DNA of 64,000 nucleotides from Bacteroidales bacterium (GCA_038213495.1 JBBQSY010000005.1:1742-65741), one strand, 5' to 3'; positions 31,972-42,687 are shown, numbered from the stretch's first letter. The notes: a model not told the origin generated them from the sequence alone. A program made the numbers and translations.

Positions 31972-33531
31972 GTGGTAAACAAAGAATTAGTTATAAATGC
32001 CGAGTCCTCCGAAGTAAATATCGCACTCCTGGAGGAAAAGGTTTTGGTGGAACTTAACAAAGAAAAGCTTAACAACAGTTTCGCCGTCGGAGATGTATAC
32101 CTGGGCAGGATCAAGAAGATCATGCCTGGACTTAATGCCGCATTTGTTGATGTTGGGTATGAGAAAGATGCGTTCCTGCACTACCTCGACCTTGGTCCAC
32201 AAATAAACTCCTTCCAAAAATATACCCGTAATGCATTGGCCGGCAAGGATGCCCAGGTACAAATGCAGGATTTTGAGGTGGAAGCTGATATCGAAAAAAC
32301 CGGGAAAATCTCACAGGTGCTTTCTCCTAACCAGCAAATTCTGGTTCAGATTGCTAAAGAGCCTATTTCAACCAAAGGCCCGCGCATCTCATCCGAGATT
32401 TCGTTTGCAGGTCGTTACCTGGTATTGGTTCCATTTAGTAACAGGCTTTCGATCTCCCAAAAAATTAAAAGTGCCGAAGAGCGCAACCGGCTTAAAAGAC
32501 TTATCTCCAGTATAAGACCTAAAAATTACGGTGTTATTATACGCACTGTGGCCGAAGGGAAACGGGTTGCTGACCTTGATGCCGACCTGAACAACCTGGT
32601 ACAGAAATGGGAGGCGGTTGCACAAAAAATGTATGGGGCCAAAGCACCTCAAAAAATTGTCAGCGAACTCGACCGCACCTCGGCAATCCTTAGGGATATG
32701 CTCAATGAGTCGTTTAACAATATTCATGTCGACGATGCTAACGTTGCGGAGGAAGTGAAAAACTACATCCGTACCATTTCGCCCGATAAGGTTGAAATTG
32801 TTAAAGTTTACAAGGGAAAAATTCCCATTTTCGATAATTTTGGTATCGACAAACAGATAAAAAATTCGTTCGGTAAAATTGTTACCATTAAGAGCGGAGT
32901 ATACCTTATTATAGAGCATACCGAAGCATTACATGTTATTGATGTTAACAGCGGTCACAAAGTGAACAGCGATAGCAGCCAGGAGGAAAATGCCCTGTCA
33001 GTAAACCTTGAAGCCGCTACCGAAATTGCCCGTCAGCTTCGCCTGCGTGATATGGGTGGTATCATCGTGGTCGATTTTATTGATATGCATGAAGGATCGA
33101 ACCGAAGGAAACTTTACCAGCGATTAAAGGATGAGATGGCAAAAGATAATGCCAAGCATACCATACTTCCTCCCAGCAAATTCGGATTGGTTCAGGTTAC
33201 ACGTCAGCGTGTTCGTCCCGAAACCAATGTGTCTATTCTCGAAAAATGTCCTTCGTGCGGTGGTACAGGAGAGATAAAACCAAGTATTCTGCTCACGGAC
33301 GAAATTGAAAACAATATTCAATATCTCCTTCAGGATCAGAACGAAGAATATCTGAAAATAAACCTTCATCCTTTTGTTCACTCATTCCTGAGAAAGGGTG
33401 GTTTATTCCGTTCCATACAATGGAAATGGTATTTTAAATATAAAAAATGGATCAATCTGGAACCGGTAAATTCATTCCAGTTAACGGATTACAGGTTTTT
33501 AAATAAAAACCAGGACGAAATTAAAATGTAA
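31972..33531 (+). CDS. rng: Ribonuclease E/G (Rne/Rng family)
   Basis: S1 domain GLNAAFVDVGYEKDAFLH, KEPISTKGPR, catalytic IDVNSG, RLRDMGGIIVVDFIDM, Zn-link CPSC. Confidence 0.95.
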   Translation: MVNKELVINAESSEVNIALLEEKVLVELNKEKLNNSFAVGDVYLGRIKKIMPGLNAAFVDVGYEKDAFLHYLDLGPQINSFQKYTRNALAGKDAQVQMQDFEVEADIEKTGKISQVLSPNQQILVQIAKEPISTKGPRISSEISFAGRYLVLVPFSNRLSISQKIKSAEERNRLKRLISSIRPKNYGVIIRTVAEGKRVADLDADLNNLVQKWEAVAQKMYGAKAPQKIVSELDRTSAILRDMLNESFNNIHVDDANVAEEVKNYIRTISPDKVEIVKVYKGKIPIFDNFGIDKQIKNSFGKIVTIKSGVYLIIEHTEALHVIDVNSGHKVNSDSSQEENALSVNLEAATEIARQLRLRDMGGIIVVDFIDMHEGSNRRKLYQRLKDEMAKDNAKHTILPPSKFGLVQVTRQRVRPETNVSILEKCPSCGGTGEIKPSILLTDEIENNIQYLLQDQNEEYLKINLHPFVHSFLRKGGLFRSIQWKWYFKYKKWINLEPVNSFQLTDYRFLNKNQDEIKM

Positions 33532-33536
33532 ATGAG

Positions 33537-33562
33537 AAAGGCTCCGGGAAGGAGCCTTTTTT
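33537..33562 (+). terminator. Intrinsic terminator between convergent genes
   Basis: AAAGGCTCC-GGGAA-GGAGCCTTT followed by a T run. Confidence 0.8.
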
Positions 33563-33582
33563 AGTTATATAAACGGATATAT

Positions 33583-34221
33583 CTATTTCGCAAAAGCAAC
33601 CTCATACTCCATTGTAATCAGAATATCAGCTTTTGGCCTTAATGCCTGAACCATTTGATGTTCTTGTTCGAGAACCGCCATCCGGTATTCATTCTGAGGT
33701 TCTTTGCCGCGGACAACCTGGGCTTTCTTGGTTTCATGGTATGTTAGTTCAATAAAAATTCCCAGGTCAATGCCTTCGGTTTTAATTGCATACAAGCCGT
33801 CGACAACCAGCATATCCACAGTTGAATAATCGGTTGTAAGCTGGTCGACCTGTTCGGTTACCAGGTCTACACACGGACCAGTTGATAATTTGCCGGATTT
33901 AAACTCACTGATATTCCGGTTAATGGTATCCCAGTCGTATTCACCATATCCTACAACATTCTGAATTCCGTTTTCTTTCCGCCATTCCGTACGAAGCAGC
34001 GGTAAAATACGATAATAATTGTCGATATGCAGCGGTTTGGCGAAGATGCCGTGTTTACGCATGCCCTTGGCAATTATATGTGCCAATTCCGATTTCCCTG
34101 AGCCTGATTCGCCCGAAATACCGATCAACATTTTGGGCATCCGGTTTGCCAGTATGTGTTCAATTATTATTTCACCGGCCTTCTGGTGTTTTTCTGTAAT
34201 CAGCAATACGTCACCTAACAT
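33583..34221 (-). CDS. Uridine kinase-like P-loop protein
   Basis: Walker A GISGESGSGKS, HIDNYY, LVVDGLYA (NK/UK fold motifs). Confidence 0.8.
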   Translation of the reverse strand: MLGDVLLITEKHQKAGEIIIEHILANRMPKMLIGISGESGSGKSELAHIIAKGMRKHGIFAKPLHIDNYYRILPLLRTEWRKENGIQNVVGYGEYDWDTINRNISEFKSGKLSTGPCVDLVTEQVDQLTTDYSTVDMLVVDGLYAIKTEGIDLGIFIELTYHETKKAQVVRGKEPQNEYRMAVLEQEHQMVQALRPKADILITMEYEVAFAK

Positions 34222-34400
34222 TGTTATTATTTTTAAAAGTTATTTTTTCAGATTGATTATGCTGAAATAATTTGCTTCAGATTATCATTCCTGATTCCTG
34301 CCTGGTGAATACCATCGCTCCGTAATGATAAAATATTTAACTTCAAAGTTGCTATGTTTTAACTAGTGTAAGCAAGGTCAAAGTCAGACATGAATAGATA

Positions 34401-37400
34401 TTAAAGGGTAAAAGTATTATCCTTAAGCCGGGCAACTTTTAACTTTTCACCGTTGAGAAGGATTATACAATCATTATCCGCTTGAACGACCATTTGCTTT
34501 TTGGCAATTTTCATCTTGAAACGGGTTCCTTTAAAACTAATGCCAAAACTCAATGATTCCCATGCATCGGGCAAGGATGGTTTTACCGATAAATAATCCT
34601 GGTCGAATGAAATGCCGGCAAAAGTACTCAACGCGATAAGAATTGTGCCTGCCATTACACCTGCATGAATTCCTTCGGCAGTAGTGCCCCCCTGTATATC
34701 AACAAAGTCGCTTGCCAATGCATCGGAATAAAGACTCCAGCTCATATCCCTTTTTCCTGCAATGGAAGCCAGGCGTGCGTGTACAATCCGGCTAAGGGTT
34801 GACCCATGCGACGTTCTCCCAAAATAATATTCGAGGTTACGCTGCAGGTAATCTGCCGGCAATTTATACCCTAATCCGGAAAGCAAACTATCGACTTCCG
34901 GTTTTTCGAGGTTATAAAATGTCATCAGCATATCCGCCTGTTTGGATACTTTAAATTCGTCGGGCGTGAGACCTTCTGCTTTCAGGATACGGTCCATACG
35001 GTAAATATTGCCGTATTTCTTTTTGTAAAAATCCCAGTCCAGTTCTTTGAGATCAAAATAACCTTCGTATTGTGCAATGATTCCTTCCTCATTAATATCA
35101 ATGAAAAGCTTTCCTGCTATTTTTTTCCACAAATTAAGTTCTTCCGCTTTGAAACCCAGCTTTTCGAATTCAGCTGATCCATCTTTACCATACGATTCAA
35201 GAATCAGGGCAGCTTTACGAAAAGCCCAGGCAGTCATTAGGTTTGTATAAGCGTTGTTATTCAAACCTCCTTCCGTTGAATCCGGATACTGCTCGTGAAA
35301 CTCATCAGGGCCCATTACTTTGGTAAGATCGTAGCGCTGCCGTTTCTCATTCCATACACATTTACTCGCCCAGAAACGGCATATCTCCAGGAACATTTCG
35401 GTTCCAAACGCTTTCATAAAATCAAAATCTTCGGTAATCTGATAATACTGCCAGATATCGAAAGCTACGGCCAGCGAAACATGGCGTTGCAAGGAGCTAT
35501 GGTCAACATCCCATTGTCCGTTAAGCGGATTCAGATGAATAACCTGAGTTTCTTCACGGCCGTCGGAACCACTCTGCCATGCAAACATCGCTCCCGAGTA
35601 GCCATATTCTTTTGCATACTCCTTCGATTTGCCAAGTCGGCGGTACCGATACATCAGCATTGATTTGGCTACTTCGGGCAGATTTATATCGTACAAAGGC
35701 AAAATAAACAGCTCATCCCAAAAAATATGTCCGCGATACGCTTCGCCATGCAATCCGCGTGCCGTAATACTTGCATCGATGCTGCTGTTGTGTGGCGACA
35801 TACTTACCATCAGGTGATACAGGTGAAGCCGTAGAAGTTTTTGAGAAAAGCGGTCGCCTGTCACCTGCATGTCGGTTTTATCCCAGATTTTATTCCAGGC
35901 TGAAGTACTTTCGGCAAGAAGAAAATCGAAATCACCTGATACATTATCCAGTTTCGCTTTAGCGGCTGAAAGCGGATCGGATACATCATCCTTTTTGGAG
36001 GTGTAGATAGCAACTTTTTTGACAAGAGTTACAGATTCTTCCTGCTGCAGATCAAATGAAGCGGTGCTGTAAACCTGAGATGGTGAAATAGAATGATAGA
36101 GTTCAACATCAGAAGAAATACCATTTTGAAAAAAATAATGATCAGCAGTTTCTGCAACCTGAATGCCCGACTGGGTTGTTTCAACCATCACAAATTGCCG
36201 GTCGCGCAAAGCGCCCTGGATAAAAGGCTTAAGATGCTGCTGGTTAAGCGATTTGTACCGCTCAACACCATCGTTTATGATGGCGCCGTTAATTCCTGTT
36301 CTGATGGTTATTTTACCGCTGTAATTTAAAGGTGTTACTGAATACTGAAGAGCCGACAGATGCGGATCAGCCATGGAGGCAAATCTTTTGGATTCAATTA
36401 AGGTTTTGTTTCCATTTTCTTCTCTTACCTTTATCATCCGGGATAATAAACCGGATTTAAAATCAAGTTTCCGCCTGATAGAAATTATTTCGGTTTTGTT
36501 AATATCAAACCAATCGCCATCATTGATTTTGAATGTGACCGGAAGCCAGTTGGGTACATTTACAAAATCCTCGTTCCATACATCTTTTCCGGCAATAGGA
36601 GTGCTAAGGCGATTATAAAGTCCGGCAATATAGGTTCCCGGATAGTTTATGGCATTGGCATCGCATTCGTCCATTGCTCCGCGTGTGCCGAAATATCCGT
36701 TTCCAACGGTGAGCAAGGCTTCACGGGTGCGTTCCTTTTGAGGCTCATAGGTATGATATGTAATGCTCCACCCATCTTCATACATTCCATTTTTGAACCA
36801 GTTATCCAATGCTTCGAGTGATGTTTCGGAAATATCTTCTACAACAATGTCGGCACCATTTATAAGTAGTTCATTTTTATTTTCCTCCCGGGCTAAGCCC
36901 AGCACCAGCCCGAAATTTCCGGCTTTGCCGGCTGCAACACCCGATGTGGCATCTTCAACCACAATGGCATTATGAGGTTTAACGCCCAGGTTGGCAGCTG
37001 CTGTGGTAAAAATATCCGGTTCAGGTTTACCCTTAAGACCCATTTCGGCCGATACAACACCATCAACACGCGTTTCGATAAGCGGCATAAGTCCGGCAGC
37101 TTCCAGCACGGCTTCACAATTTTTACTTGAGGAAGCTACACCAACTTTAACACCTGCTTTTTTCAGATCATGTATCATCTGAACCGTTGATTCATAAACG
37201 CTTACGCCATCGCGAGCCAGTACTTCGTTGAAAGTTATGTTTTTCCGGTTGCCTAATCCGCAAACAGTTTCCTTCTCAACGGTATCGGAAGGATCACCAA
37301 AAGGAATGCTGATGCCCCGTGATTCAAGGAAAGATTTTACGCCTTCGTACCGTGGCTTTCCATCAACGTAAGGAAGGTAGTCATCCTTCTGCGTAAACTC

Positions 37401-37547
37401 TTTGAATGGCTCACCATGCAGGGCTTCGCGCTGACGGAGGTAATCGTCGAACATTTTCTTCCAGGCGTGACTGTGAACCAGTGCTGTTCGCGTAATTACT
37501 CCGTCGAGGTCAAATATTACGGCTTCAAAAAGATATTTTCCAGGCAT
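34401..37547 (-). CDS. Beta-phosphoglucomutase-like HAD domain fused to a GH65 glycoside phosphorylase/hydrolase
   Basis: HAD motifs FDLDGV, SSSKN, GKPEPD, VVED; GH65 motifs GNGYFGTRG, ARGLHGEAYRGHIFWDE, GPDEFHE, KQAD, HGSTLS. Confidence 0.93.
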   Translation of the reverse strand: MPGKYLFEAVIFDLDGVITRTALVHSHAWKKMFDDYLRQREALHGEPFKEFTQKDDYLPYVDGKPRYEGVKSFLESRGISIPFGDPSDTVEKETVCGLGNRKNITFNEVLARDGVSVYESTVQMIHDLKKAGVKVGVASSSKNCEAVLEAAGLMPLIETRVDGVVSAEMGLKGKPEPDIFTTAAANLGVKPHNAIVVEDATSGVAAGKAGNFGLVLGLAREENKNELLINGADIVVEDISETSLEALDNWFKNGMYEDGWSITYHTYEPQKERTREALLTVGNGYFGTRGAMDECDANAINYPGTYIAGLYNRLSTPIAGKDVWNEDFVNVPNWLPVTFKINDGDWFDINKTEIISIRRKLDFKSGLLSRMIKVREENGNKTLIESKRFASMADPHLSALQYSVTPLNYSGKITIRTGINGAIINDGVERYKSLNQQHLKPFIQGALRDRQFVMVETTQSGIQVAETADHYFFQNGISSDVELYHSISPSQVYSTASFDLQQEESVTLVKKVAIYTSKKDDVSDPLSAAKAKLDNVSGDFDFLLAESTSAWNKIWDKTDMQVTGDRFSQKLLRLHLYHLMVSMSPHNSSIDASITARGLHGEAYRGHIFWDELFILPLYDINLPEVAKSMLMYRYRRLGKSKEYAKEYGYSGAMFAWQSGSDGREETQVIHLNPLNGQWDVDHSSLQRHVSLAVAFDIWQYYQITEDFDFMKAFGTEMFLEICRFWASKCVWNEKRQRYDLTKVMGPDEFHEQYPDSTEGGLNNNAYTNLMTAWAFRKAALILESYGKDGSAEFEKLGFKAEELNLWKKIAGKLFIDINEEGIIAQYEGYFDLKELDWDFYKKKYGNIYRMDRILKAEGLTPDEFKVSKQADMLMTFYNLEKPEVDSLLSGLGYKLPADYLQRNLEYYFGRTSHGSTLSRIVHARLASIAGKRDMSWSLYSDALASDFVDIQGGTTAEGIHAGVMAGTILIALSTFAGISFDQDYLSVKPSLPDAWESLSFGISFKGTRFKMKIAKKQMVVQADNDCIILLNGEKLKVARLKDNTFTL

Positions 37548-37622
37548 TTTATAAGTTTGTATTTGCTGTACAGAAATAATCAGCGATTACGTAAAAAATG
37601 TAATTACACCTGCTGAATGCGG

Positions 37623-39311
37623 TCAATGGATTTTCAGCCAACAGAAACCATACGGTTCAATAAGTGCAGGGATAGTATTACTGAAAACATCCACATTTTC
37701 CCGGGCCGAAGGTGGTAAATTAACAGGGAGAACCTGGTCGGTCATATTATGAATGATCAGCCATTTTTCATTTTCAAAGGAACGGATAAATGAAAGTGCT
37801 TTCCCGTTTTCAGAACCAGGCAGTGAAATAAATTCGATGCTTCCGCGACCGAAAGTCCGGTACTGATTGCGTATTTGCAGCATACGTTTCAGTTTGTTGT
37901 ATATCCGACTGCTAAAGCTACCGGGATCCGAAAGATTTTGTTCAAGCTCGTCCCAGTCAATTTTACCACGAACCAGGAAACGGGTATCGTCTTTACCCGT
38001 TAATTTTATTTGTTCGGCATAAAAGGCTTCATCATTGAACTTCCCAAACTCATCGCCATAATAAATAACGGGTGTTCCGGGAAGGGTTAAGATAATTGAA
38101 AAGGCCAGTAATATTCGCCTTTCGTCGCGATGCATAAGTTCCGAAAGACGGGCTGAAATGCCTTCGCCCTGACGGAAATCCCATTCGGGTTTCAAACAAT
38201 ATTGCTGATGAAGGTATTTACGTTCTTCTTCGGTAACGTAAACCAGCTCGAGGCTGAGTTCGTCGTGGCAACGCAGAAAGGTGAACCATTGTGCGCTTTC
38301 GGGCAATTCGGGTGTAAAAGCTTTTGAGAGTGTTTCCTCAATGGGTTTGCCACTCTGCATGGCTATGGATTTGAAGATCCTGGGCATTAAAGGAAAGTGA
38401 TAGGCAGCATGGCACTCATCGCCATTGCCCATATATTCCACAACTTTTACCGGCTGCTGGCAGGCTTCGGCAAGAAGTAAGGTGCCGGGATTAACATAAT
38501 CGAGCATTGCCCTGAAAAATTTTATTACCAGGTGTGTCTCAGGCAGATTTTCGCATTCAGTGCCTTCAACTTTCCAGATATAGGGAGTTGCATCGGCCCT
38601 GAATCCATCAACACCGGCATTCTTCCAGAACAGCAGAACTTTGCAGATTTCAAGAAGGACCTCATGGTTTCTGTAATTTAAATCGGGCTGGAAATTAAAG
38701 AAACGGTGAAAATAATATTCTTCTCCTCTTTTTCCCCAATTCGATTCCTCAATACCTTTAAATATTATCCTGGCTTCTTTATATTTTTCGGCATCATCAC
38801 TCCAGATATAATAATCCCTGTATGGATTGTCTTTTGATTGTGATGCCTCAATAAACCACGGATGTTCGTCGGAAGTGTGATTCATGGAAATATCAAAAAT
38901 CACTTTGATTCTCCTTTTATGCGCTTCCGCAAGGAACTGAATGAATACTTGTTGATCGTTGGTTTTCCCTGACTTGTCCAGCAGATCGGCCCTGATTTTA
39001 GTGTAATTGCTGATATCGAATCCGGCATCGCGCATAGGCGAATCGAGCACCGGCAAGAGCCAGATGCAGTTAATACCCAGGTCGTGCAGGTAGTCGAGTT
39101 TTTTGGTTAATCCCGGAAAATCTTCATTAAAAAGATCAGCATACAGCGAATATACTACAGCATCCTTATACCAGTCCGCCTGAAAATCGTTCACATCGTT
39201 TTTATCGAGATAGAACCCGATAGTGAGGAGAAAATTTTCCAGAATTTTGGTTGGTACGCCGGGATATAATTGTTCCCAGTAATCAAATAATTGATTGCGG
39301 AAATGGGTCAT
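37623..39311 (-). CDS. treS: Trehalose synthase / maltose alpha-D-glucosyltransferase (GH13)
   Basis: WYKDAVVY, SPMRDAGFDI, NHTSDEHPWF, HRFF.FQPDLNY, GFRADA (nucleophile), LLAEACQ, FLRCHDEL, YYGDE. Confidence 0.85.
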   Translation of the reverse strand: MTHFRNQLFDYWEQLYPGVPTKILENFLLTIGFYLDKNDVNDFQADWYKDAVVYSLYADLFNEDFPGLTKKLDYLHDLGINCIWLLPVLDSPMRDAGFDISNYTKIRADLLDKSGKTNDQQVFIQFLAEAHKRRIKVIFDISMNHTSDEHPWFIEASQSKDNPYRDYYIWSDDAEKYKEARIIFKGIEESNWGKRGEEYYFHRFFNFQPDLNYRNHEVLLEICKVLLFWKNAGVDGFRADATPYIWKVEGTECENLPETHLVIKFFRAMLDYVNPGTLLLAEACQQPVKVVEYMGNGDECHAAYHFPLMPRIFKSIAMQSGKPIEETLSKAFTPELPESAQWFTFLRCHDELSLELVYVTEEERKYLHQQYCLKPEWDFRQGEGISARLSELMHRDERRILLAFSIILTLPGTPVIYYGDEFGKFNDEAFYAEQIKLTGKDDTRFLVRGKIDWDELEQNLSDPGSFSSRIYNKLKRMLQIRNQYRTFGRGSIEFISLPGSENGKALSFIRSFENEKWLIIHNMTDQVLPVNLPPSARENVDVFSNTIPALIEPYGFCWLKIH

Positions 39312-39555
39312 GGCAAATTTTTGAGTAACCTCAGTTAATTAAAGGTCAGACGTGTAGAAAGAGAATGATCTGTAAAAATTTATGAACCTTTTATGACAGC
39401 CAGTTCATTCCGAATAAAGATTCTTCATGAGAGAATTATGTAATCTGATTACAAACAGAGACTTTCTACCCGGGCTCAAACACAAATTGAATGGCACGAA
39501 TATAAAATTCCTGATATTCTTTCTGAAGTATTTAATAGGTTGCCGTATTACAATA

Positions 39556-39599
39556 CTGCAAGGGAAGTTACACTTTTATTCATGTAACTTCTCTTGCAG
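39556..39599. terminator. Long stem-loop downstream of the Sus lipoprotein genes
   Basis: CTGCAAGGGAAGTTACA-N10-TGTAACTTCTCTTGCAG (16/17 complementary). Confidence 0.6.
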
Positions 39600-39613
39600 A
39601 TAAAGCATTCTGA

Positions 39614-41530
39614 TTATTGCAATACTACTTTAGCAATAAGAGTTACAGGATCCAGTGTAACTTTATAGGTACCGTCAACATTTCCGGGAAGACCTAGGTT
39701 TTTCCCACCTGCGACTAACGGAGCAGTAGTGGCATCGGTATAATTATCAGCAGTTCCGTCGGAAGTTCCTTTTCCACCAAGGTTAACATCCCATCCCTGG
39801 TTTGCTCTGAATTTGAACGATTTAGCGCCACCACTCGAAACCAATGCCACTGTCACAGTCCATACTTTATTTGTTGCATCCCATGCCATAGGAGTATCAG
39901 CTCCCCATCCGCCGGGAGTAGCGTCACCGATTAAACCCCAGGTTGTAGTGCTATAAGTATAAGCTTGAGGATGGCTCAGGTCTAAGACAACAAGATAATC
40001 TGTTTCTACCGTGATAGGAATATTGTTATCATTTTGTGTATCCAGTTTGCCATCATGATTAATACTTCCATAATTAATGGGCCAGTCATTATTTGCCCTG
40101 AATTTGAAAGCACCCGGCTTCATATGTACAGCACCTTTCCACGTTTTTGTAGCAGGGTCATAAGTTAACGGAGTTGAGTTATCCCAACTGCCTGCTGTAG
40201 CATCGCCGATAACGCCCCATGTAGTTGCAATTATAGTGTAGGTCAGAGCTGCAGGGTTTGCTTTTATCTGATAATAAGCTGGTCCGGTTGCCAAAATATT
40301 GCCAGCATTGTTATCAGTACTAAAAGTTCCGGCTGTTGCACCCGGGCCATAATTTGTTCCATTCCAGTCTGCCTGTGATGTACATTTCCAGTTGTTGCTG
40401 GCTTTTGCCATGTATACATACCCTTCGAGTATATCAGGCACAGCTGCAGAATTCATGATGATAGGCGATTTACCAGGATTCCAGTCAAGCAATACACCAC
40501 CTGGATAACTTGCTGCAACATAGTCGCCGGGAATATACCAGGTAAGAATGTCGGCTAAAGTAGTAAAAGGCACATCGGCACCATAAGCCGTACCGGCACT
40601 GTTGGTAGCAAAAGCGCGGACATGATAAGGCGTGTTTTTTGTCAGGCCTGTAATGGCACTTACAAATACTCCTGTTCCTGTTCCTCCGTCAAGTTTATTA
40701 TCCGTCAAGGTAGGATCTGCATTTGCGCCCCATACAATTCCCCGTGCAGAAACTGTTGCACCACCATCATAGGTAACTTCTCCGCCAGTGGTGGCTGAAG
40801 TTTTTGCCAGGCTTGTTACCGCAGCTGTTGTTACTACCGGTAGAGAAACCAATGTGGTAAAGGACACTTCAGGGCCATAACCCGTACCGGCACTGTTTGT
40901 GGCATATGCGCGTACATAGTACATGGTTTTTCCTTTCAGGTTTAAGAGGGTGCTGATATAGGGCCCTGATCCGTTACCTTCGGCTGTTTTGCTGTCGGCA
41001 ATTGTCGGATTTGGGTTTGTGCTCCAGCATATACCCTGAACCGTAACGGCTGCACCGCCGGTAATTGATACCATACCTCCACCGGAGGCTGAATTGCCTG
41101 TTATATCAGTAATAGGGGCAGTAGCCAGTGTGGGAACTACAGGTAGAGTGGTAAATGTGTACTCTTCACCATAGATGGTTGTACCAGCCTCATTGGTTGC
41201 ATAGGCACGGGCATAATACTTGGTTGCATAAGCCAGCCCGGTCAGAGTTACTTCGAAGGTAGCCGTAGTGGTTTTACCGGTATAAATGGCTTTTTTGTTA
41301 GCAATGGTAGGAGTCGTTGCTGTGTTATAGCAAACACCTCTTTCGGTAAAGCCGGCTCCCTCAGCAACAACAAAACCAGTTACAGTTGCGCCATCAGAGG
41401 TAACATTTACTAACTGGGCGGTCGAGAGTTTCGGATCTAATTTTACATCCGGGTCTTCCTTGGTACATGCGGCAAAAAACACTGACGCTGTAATCAGGAC
41501 GGCCATTATTCCATATAAGGTTCTTTTCAT
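39614..41530 (-). CDS. SusF-like starch-binding surface lipoprotein with three FN3-like stalk repeats
   Basis: Lipobox FAAC; three repeats ending RA(Y/F)ATN.AGT..YG....FTT; C-terminal modules WG.IGDAT...W...T.(L/M).(Y/W)D and FKFRAN..W..N.G. Confidence 0.85.
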   Translation of the reverse strand: MKRTLYGIMAVLITASVFFAACTKEDPDVKLDPKLSTAQLVNVTSDGATVTGFVVAEGAGFTERGVCYNTATTPTIANKKAIYTGKTTTATFEVTLTGLAYATKYYARAYATNEAGTTIYGEEYTFTTLPVVPTLATAPITDITGNSASGGGMVSITGGAAVTVQGICWSTNPNPTIADSKTAEGNGSGPYISTLLNLKGKTMYYVRAYATNSAGTGYGPEVSFTTLVSLPVVTTAAVTSLAKTSATTGGEVTYDGGATVSARGIVWGANADPTLTDNKLDGGTGTGVFVSAITGLTKNTPYHVRAFATNSAGTAYGADVPFTTLADILTWYIPGDYVAASYPGGVLLDWNPGKSPIIMNSAAVPDILEGYVYMAKASNNWKCTSQADWNGTNYGPGATAGTFSTDNNAGNILATGPAYYQIKANPAALTYTIIATTWGVIGDATAGSWDNSTPLTYDPATKTWKGAVHMKPGAFKFRANNDWPINYGSINHDGKLDTQNDNNIPITVETDYLVVLDLSHPQAYTYSTTTWGLIGDATPGGWGADTPMAWDATNKVWTVTVALVSSGGAKSFKFRANQGWDVNLGGKGTSDGTADNYTDATTAPLVAGGKNLGLPGNVDGTYKVTLDPVTLIAKVVLQ

Positions 41531-41651
41531 GAATTTATTTTTTAAGTGTTCTGTTCAAATGATTTTTCCACAATACATTTACAAAAGGTTCACTGTGCTT
41601 ATAAAAAGCGCTGCTTACTATTGGCACAGCGAACCAAAAGTTTTCCGTACC

Positions 41652-42668
41652 CTAGTTTTTCTTGATGGTAAACGTACCTTCTTCCGGGGCTGCGAACTTG
41701 GTAATGGTTAAAGTAATGGTGTAATTGCCAGGGGTTACAGCAATATTATCACCGTTATGAACCAATGCAGTTTTACCAGGGTTCCATCCCAGGTTCCATG
41801 CCCAACCGTCATTATACCTGAATTTAATTTCTCCATCAATCAGATCGGTAGTGATATACCAGGTGCCGGTAGCAGGATTATAATCCATTGGTGTATCAGG
41901 TGAATCCCAGCCATTTGCGCTAGCCGAACCAACCAAACCTATGCGGTAAGCGTCCAATTTATATGTAAGGGCTGTTGTGTTTACAGTAAATGCATAGTAT
42001 CCGGTTCCGGCAGGAATAATAGCTGTACCACCTACTGCGAGAACTCCGCCGGTACCACCATATAAGGTTCCTGCATCAGGGTCTTTAAGTGTGAAAGGCT
42101 TTGCCGGATCAAGTTTAACATATCCGAAGTATTTGCCATCGCCCAAAGCGGATTCAACTTTCTGGACAGGATCCAAACCGAACAAGTCCAAACGTGGCAA
42201 GCCGTAAAGGGTCACCTCACCAGGCTTTGTTGCGGAGGTATAAACCATTGGTTTTACTCCTGTTCCTGCATCCTGAACCAGTACTGACCGGATGCGAAAA
42301 TCAAGACCTGAAACTTTATCAGCCGGAAATTTCTTGAGCAATATCCCGTTCAGATCACTGACAGTTATTTTTATAGAAGTATCCTGTACTCCTGAGAAAA
42401 TAGAAATAGGATCTGCAAAATTGTTTCCACGGACACAAGCTTCGAGGAAATAAGTTGCTGAAGCCTTGAAGCCCGGATCGACGGGAGTTCCAACAAATAC
42501 AAGAGTAGAAGCCCCGTTAGTCCGCTGAAGGGTCAGATTAGGCATAGTCTTTATTGTTGGTGCAATCGGGCTGTCGGAGATAACGACATTTGTCCCATCC
42601 TTTTCACATCCGGAAAAAAGACCGATCAACCCAATGAACGTTAAATATATGATTGAATTTTTCTTCAT
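41652..42668 (-). CDS. SusE-like starch-binding lipoprotein
   Basis: Likely start MKKNSII with lipobox FSGC; SusE N-domain; C-terminal GLVGSA..NGW..PD..M.Y, IKFRYNDGW..NLG. Confidence 0.85.
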   Translation of the reverse strand: MKKNSIIYLTFIGLIGLFSGCEKDGTNVVISDSPIAPTIKTMPNLTLQRTNGASTLVFVGTPVDPGFKASATYFLEACVRGNNFADPISIFSGVQDTSIKITVSDLNGILLKKFPADKVSGLDFRIRSVLVQDAGTGVKPMVYTSATKPGEVTLYGLPRLDLFGLDPVQKVESALGDGKYFGYVKLDPAKPFTLKDPDAGTLYGGTGGVLAVGGTAIIPAGTGYYAFTVNTTALTYKLDAYRIGLVGSASANGWDSPDTPMDYNPATGTWYITTDLIDGEIKFRYNDGWAWNLGWNPGKTALVHNGDNIAVTPGNYTITLTITKFAAPEEGTFTIKKN

Positions 42669-42687
42669 CGTTTTAAAGTTTAAGGGA

